Below, in pieces: positions 47,662-52,244 of a DNA stretch of 52,244 nucleotides. How positions within the stretch are numbered: position 1 is the first letter of the stretch; each line of letters starts with the position of its first letter. The notes below the pieces were generated by a model, which did not search any database, was not told the DNA's origin, and worked only from the letters and a program-made list of their open reading frames with translations. Both the position numbers and the translations under genes were made by a program. The DNA is from an uncultured Bacilli bacterium (lineage in GTDB: Bacteria > Bacillota_I > Bacilli_A > RF39 > UBA660), in the NCBI GenBank assembly GCA_944332005.1, contig CALVJD010000027.1:1-52244 (forward strand), given 5' to 3'.

Positions 47662-47937
47662 ATGAAAAAGATTATTTTGAATGATTGCGAATATGAATTG
47701 ATAGAAGATCATAATGGATATGATCGTGAAATGGTAGAGCAAAAGTATACAGATTATTTTAAACCATATAATTATATCATTGGTGATTGGTCCTATGGGA
47801 AGTTGCGTTTGAAAGGGTTTTGCGATAAGGGGAATAAAATTTATAAGAAAGAGAATGATATTGCCAGAAAAGAGACATATATCAAAGAGAATTGTGCCTA
47901 TGGTTGTAAGTATTTTGTTTTGAAAAAAGTATTATAA
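47662..47937 (+). CDS. yutD: YutD (DUF1027) family protein
   Basis: YNYIIGDWSYGKLRLKGF...CAYGCKYFVLKK matches the YutD pattern. Confidence 0.75.
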   Translation: MKKIILNDCEYELIEDHNGYDREMVEQKYTDYFKPYNYIIGDWSYGKLRLKGFCDKGNKIYKKENDIARKETYIKENCAYGCKYFVLKKVL

Positions 47938-47956
47938 AGTAGTAAAGGAGTAAGTG

Positions 47957-48397
47957 ATGAATATGATGTATAATCAACAAAAAACAATAGAAAAAACAAA
48001 AAAAATGGAGATGATTGCTCAAGATCGTATTAATTTTTTGAATAAAGAAATTGAAAAACTAGCTATATTAGCGCGAAGAAGAATTCTAGATTATAATAAA
48101 AAAGAATTGGCGAATAGTTTGCTGTGGCTTGATTCAGATTCTGCTGTTCCAGTTGGGCAAACGTGGCTTGCTAAAAGAATGCAAGAGTTAGAGACAAAGG
48201 TTTCTGTAACAGAAGAGGAAAAGAACGATGTGATAGACGGCACATTATCAAAGTGTTTGGAAGGATTAGATGAATTGGAATTTAAAGATATGCGTTATTA
48301 TGAAAATTATGACATATTGAAAACATATGTGGAAAAAGATCGAAAAAAAATTAAATCTAGTCATCAAAATGTGAAAAAGTTGTCGTTAAAAAAGTAG
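47957..48397 (+). CDS. hypothetical coiled-coil protein
   Basis: ORF downstream of AAAGGAG. No family recognised. Confidence 0.45.
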   Translation: MNMMYNQQKTIEKTKKMEMIAQDRINFLNKEIEKLAILARRRILDYNKKELANSLLWLDSDSAVPVGQTWLAKRMQELETKVSVTEEEKNDVIDGTLSKCLEGLDELEFKDMRYYENYDILKTYVEKDRKKIKSSHQNVKKLSLKK

Positions 48398-48538
48398 AAA
48401 ATGAAATAGTAGAATGAAAGTATATGCTTTTTGAAATTATTTCAGAAACTACTTTTTTTGTTGGCTTAAATGAACTCATTTGAAAGGGATAGAAAAAAGC
48501 AAATACTTATGATATAATGAAAAGGTAGGAGGATATCA

Positions 48539-49643
48539 ATGGAAATATATGAATTAGTAAACCTGTATGAAAATTTTAAAGTAAGAAGTGAAGATTTATG
48601 GAGGTCTCTTTGACCCTGATCAGCTAAAAAAGAAAATTAAAGAATTAGAACAATTAACAAAAGAACCTGATTTTTGGAATGATCGTAATAAAAGTACTTC
48701 TATTATTAACGAACTTAATCATTTTAAGAAGAATTTAGAAGAGGTTCAATTGCTTTGCAACAAGATTACGGAAGATATCGAGACATTACAGTTATTGAAG
48801 GAAGAGGGAGATGTCGATATTCAAAAATTATTAGAGCAAGAGGCCAAAGAGATTCAAGTTCAATTAGAAGACTTGGAAGTAACATTATTACTTAATGGTC
48901 CTTATGATCACAATGGGGCTATTTTAGAGATTCATCCAGGTGCGGGAGGGACAGAAGCTTGTGATTGGGCTAATATGCTTTATCGCATGTATTTGCGTTA
49001 CTGTGATAAAAAGGGCTATAAAGTAGAAGTAATCGAGGAACAAGCTGGAGAAGAAGCAGGAATGAAGAGTGTTTCTATGATCATTCGGGGAACGAATGCG
49101 TATGGTTATTTAAAATGCGAAAAAGGAGTTCATCGTTTAGTACGTATTTCGCCATTTGATAGTGGGGCCAGACGTCATACTTCTTTTGCAAGTGTCGATG
49201 TGACCCCACTATTCGATCAAGAAAAAGTACAAGTAGAAATTAACGAAAATGATTTAAAAATCGATGTGTATCGTTCCAGTGGTGCGGGTGGACAACATGT
49301 TAATACAACTGATAGTGCGGTACGTATTACTCATTTACCAACGAAAATTGTCGTAACTTGTCAAAATGAACGTAGTCAAATTCAAAATCGTGAAAAAGCA
49401 ATGGAAATTTTGAAAAATAAACTTTATCAATTAGAATTAGAAAAAAGAGAACAAGAGTTAAAGAAAATGAAAGGGAATTTAATGGATATTAATTTTGGTT
49501 CTCAAATTAGAAGTTATGTGATGCACCCTTATTCTTTAGTAAAAGATCATAGAACCAATGTTGAAAATACCAATGTAGAAAAAGTATTAGATGGTAATTT
49601 GGATTTATTTATTAATGCAGCTTTAAAGAAAGGAGCGTTCTAA
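48539..49643 (+). CDS. prfB: peptide chain release factor 2, requiring a programmed +1 frameshift at 48611
   Basis: Frame 0 reads MEIYELVNLYENFKVRSEDLWRSL and stops at TGA (48611-48613). The +1 frame continues DPDQLKK... and carries the SPF and GGQ motifs. Confidence 0.9.
48600..48614 (+). promoter_or_regulatory. RF2 autoregulatory +1 frameshift site
   Basis: GGAGG TCT CTT TGA C: an internal SD-like element, 3 nt, then the slippery CTT and a TGA C stop context. Confidence 0.85.
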
Positions 49644-50545
49644 TGTTTTTTGAAAAGAAATTGGACAGTGTTGAAATTGTAAAGAAAATCAATACTCGTA
49701 ATATTTTGAAAAGATATCTTTATCTTATCTTTGGATGTTTTTTACTTTCGATTGCATTTAATGTTTTCTTTCTACCAGAAAATATCGTATATGGCGGCGT
49801 GGCTGGTATTTCTATTATTGCCAATAGTCTATTAGGGTGGGATCCATCGCTCGTCATTTTAATAGCAGATGCAATTCTCCTTGTTGTTAGTTTTCTTTTA
49901 CTAGGATGGGAAAAGACGAAAGGCTCTATCATCGGCTCTTTATTGTTTCCTATCATGGTCAAATTAACTGCTAATTTTGGAGCTTATTTGCAATTCGATA
50001 TTGTGGATACTTTATTACTTGTTATCTTTGGTGGCGTTGTTGCTGGAATAGGTGCTGGAATTATTTTTAAAACTGGCTTTACGACGGGGGGAACTGATAT
50101 TATTAATCAAATTGTTTCCAAGTATGGAAAAGTATCGATTGGCAAAGCAATGCTTATGTCAGATGGTCTAATTGTGTTAAGTGCTGGATTCTTTTTAGGT
50201 GGAGAAGGAATTATTTTTGCATGGGAAAAGGTAATGTATGCTATAATGGTGTTGTACCTATTAAGTAGTATGACAGATAAAGTGATTCTCGGTATTTCAC
50301 AATCGAAGTGTTTCTATATTGTAACGACTCATGAAACAGCTGTGAAGAAGTTTTTGATTCAATATTTAAATCATGGAGTTACGGTTTTAGATGGTCGAGG
50401 TGGATTTACTGGTGATCATAAGAAAGTTATCATGTGTATTGTTCCTACCAAAGAATATACGATTGTGAAAGAAGCAATTCATGATATCGATAGTGAGGCT
50501 TTCTTCCTTGTAACAGATGCTTATGAGGTCTATGGTGGTGAATGA
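49643..50545 (+). CDS. YitT-family membrane protein (DUF161 repeats plus DUF2179)
   Basis: Polytopic membrane protein with GGTDI and a C-terminal soluble domain (LDGRGGFTG). Confidence 0.8.
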   Translation: MFFEKKLDSVEIVKKINTRNILKRYLYLIFGCFLLSIAFNVFFLPENIVYGGVAGISIIANSLLGWDPSLVILIADAILLVVSFLLLGWEKTKGSIIGSLLFPIMVKLTANFGAYLQFDIVDTLLLVIFGGVVAGIGAGIIFKTGFTTGGTDIINQIVSKYGKVSIGKAMLMSDGLIVLSAGFFLGGEGIIFAWEKVMYAIMVLYLLSSMTDKVILGISQSKCFYIVTTHETAVKKFLIQYLNHGVTVLDGRGGFTGDHKKVIMCIVPTKEYTIVKEAIHDIDSEAFFLVTDAYEVYGGE

Positions 50546-50605
50546 CATAATTTGAAAATTCCCATTGATGTACTTAGTTGATATAATATATAAAGGTGGT
50601 TGTAT

Positions 50606-51301
50606 ATGAATCTAATACGTATGAAGGATGTTAAAAAAGTTTATAAGAATGGTGTAACAGCTATTTATGATTTGGATTTAAAAATTGAAAAGGGTGAATT
50701 TGTCTTTGTGATTGGTTCGACTGGTTGTGGAAAATCGACCTTGATCAAGATGCTCTATCGTGAAGAAAAACCAACGAGTGGGAAAATTATTGTCGGTGGG
50801 ATCGATGTAGCAAGATTGCGCAACAGTAAAGTCTATAAATTGCGTCGTAAATTAGGGGTCGTTTTCCAAGACTTTAAATTGTTAGCCAAATCGACGGTTT
50901 ATGAAAATGTTGCCTTTGCTTTAGAAGTGCTTGGATTACCAAAAGATGAAATCCATTCAAAGGTTTTGAAGGTTCTTGATTTGGTTGGACTTAAGAATAA
51001 AGCAAAGCATTATCCAAATCAGTTATCAGGTGGAGAACAACAACGTGTAGCGATTGCTCGTGCAATCGTCAATGGTCCAAAACTATTAATTTGTGATGAA
51101 CCAACGGGAAATCTCGACGAAATAACAAGTATGGAAATTATGAATGTTTTAGATGAAATCAACAAGTTAGGAACAACGATTATCATGGTAACACATGATA
51201 CAAAAATTGTGGAAAAAATGAAGAAAAGAGTTATTTTATTAGATGCTGGTCGTCTAGTAAAAGATTATGCGAAAGGAACGTATAAACATGAAGGCAATTA
51301 G
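50606..51301 (+). CDS. ftsE: cell division ATP-binding protein FtsE
   Basis: Walker A GSTGCGKST, signature LSGGEQQR and Walker B LLICDEPTG. It is paired with ftsX. Confidence 0.9.
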   Translation: MNLIRMKDVKKVYKNGVTAIYDLDLKIEKGEFVFVIGSTGCGKSTLIKMLYREEKPTSGKIIVGGIDVARLRNSKVYKLRRKLGVVFQDFKLLAKSTVYENVAFALEVLGLPKDEIHSKVLKVLDLVGLKNKAKHYPNQLSGGEQQRVAIARAIVNGPKLLICDEPTGNLDEITSMEIMNVLDEINKLGTTIIMVTHDTKIVEKMKKRVILLDAGRLVKDYAKGTYKHEGN

Positions 51302-52187
51302 AATTTTAGGTAGAAATATTCGAGACTCATTTAAAAGTGTCTTCCGTAACTTTTCTTTATCACTTGCATCGATTTCTTGTATTACGATTACACTAGTTGT
51401 TGTCGCTATTTCCATTATCTTATCCTATAATGTCAATAACTTTGCGACATTGGTGGAAAGAGATGTTACGATTGTTGCATTCTTAGATGTTGATATCAGC
51501 GAAGAACAAATCAAGGTAGTGGAACATGAAATTCATCAATTAAGTAATATTGAATCGGTCACTTTTCAATCAAAATTTGACATTACAGACGAAATGATGG
51601 AATCTTCTGAAACTTATAAAAATATTATGTCAAGTTGGACGGAAGAAGAGAATCCTCTTCAAGATACTTATCTTATTAAAGTAACGGATATCGAAACGAT
51701 CGGTGATGTTGCAGCATCTATCCAAGAGATCGAAGGAGTCGATATTGTTAAGTATGGGGAAGGTATGGTAGAACAGTTAGTTTCGGTATTTGATGTTGTT
51801 CGTCATATTACATACGGTGTTGTAATTGCTTTGATTTTAGTAACAGCATTCTTAATATCTAATACAATTAAAATAACAATTACATCTAGAAAAAGAGAAA
51901 TTGATATTATGCGTCTAGTAGGGGCATCTAATCTCAATATTAAAATTCCATTTGTGTTTGAAGGTTTATTCCTTGGTATTATCGGTTCTATTATTCCGAT
52001 CATTGCAACGACTTATGGATACACAGCCTTATATCAAAACTTTAATGGACAATTATTTTCACCATTTATCCAATTAGTAAAACCAGAACCATTTATCTAT
52101 ATTGTATCTATCATATTATTAGTAATTGGTATTTTGGTTGGTATGTTTGGATCATGGCATGCTGTAAAAAAACACTTGAAGATATAA
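51288..52187 (+). CDS. ftsX: cell division permease-like protein FtsX
   Basis: TM1, a large extracytoplasmic loop and three C-terminal TM segments (MRLVGAS motif). Its start overlaps the end of ftsE. Confidence 0.85.
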   Translation: MKAIRILGRNIRDSFKSVFRNFSLSLASISCITITLVVVAISIILSYNVNNFATLVERDVTIVAFLDVDISEEQIKVVEHEIHQLSNIESVTFQSKFDITDEMMESSETYKNIMSSWTEEENPLQDTYLIKVTDIETIGDVAASIQEIEGVDIVKYGEGMVEQLVSVFDVVRHITYGVVIALILVTAFLISNTIKITITSRKREIDIMRLVGASNLNIKIPFVFEGLFLGIIGSIIPIIATTYGYTALYQNFNGQLFSPFIQLVKPEPFIYIVSIILLVIGILVGMFGSWHAVKKHLKI

Positions 52188-52244
52188 AACTAATACGAGA
52201 TAATTAAAAAAATAAATCATAATATAGTGTGCAAGCTCAAGAAA

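Noticed and set aside
1-52244. CRISPR arrays, tRNA/rRNA genes, IS elements or transposases, integrases
   Set aside because: I saw no spaced direct-repeat arrays, no tRNA T-arm-like GGTTCGAATCC contexts, and no transposase- or integrase-like ORFs on either strand.

Overview
This is a chromosomal, mostly housekeeping segment from a low-GC Bacillota genome. By eye it is about one-third G+C. It uses the standard code: TGG encodes Trp, and TAA, TAG and TGA all end conserved genes. Almost all genes lie on the + strand. An N-domain-less clpB behind a CIRCE operator, together with yunB, yutD and yqeG-yqeH, suggests an Erysipelotrichia or Bacilli-like spore-forming lineage; that placement is inference only.

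Recognisable content, in order:
- valS 3' end, then an orphan prepilin.
- A lipid-linked glycosylation pair: a GT2 enzyme and a YfhO-GtrA fusion.
- nfo, a class B PBP, rpmG and efp.
- A nonsense-interrupted dinD-like gene.
- infC-rpmI-rplT with a leader attenuator.
- A Fic-like protein and CIRCE-clpB.
- yqeG-yqeH, followed by a small accessory islet: an interrupted membrane gene, a HerA-like ATPase, a secreted lectin/FGE-like protein and a Pro-rich protein.
- trmB and gatCAB.
- A GGDEF-type sensor, yihY and nrnA.
- A 495-aa prepilin-like protein and a PdaC-like deacetylase.
- nrdD, a small glycyl-radical ORF and nrdG.
- A CBS protein, yunB, a DUF4015-like hydrolase and yutD.
- prfB with its +1 frameshift site, yitT and ftsEX.

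I found no tRNA or rRNA genes, CRISPR arrays or transposases.

The most interesting signals are:
- A DGR-variable-region-like, GC-rich, A-poor 3' end on the secreted lectin-like gene.
- A G11 tract within a terminator-like hairpin in that gene's leader.
- An nrdD whose glycyl-radical motif is encoded in a separate small ORF.
- LexA-type boxes upstream of dinD and nrdD.
- An L20 with a Rho_N/SAP-like C-terminal tail.
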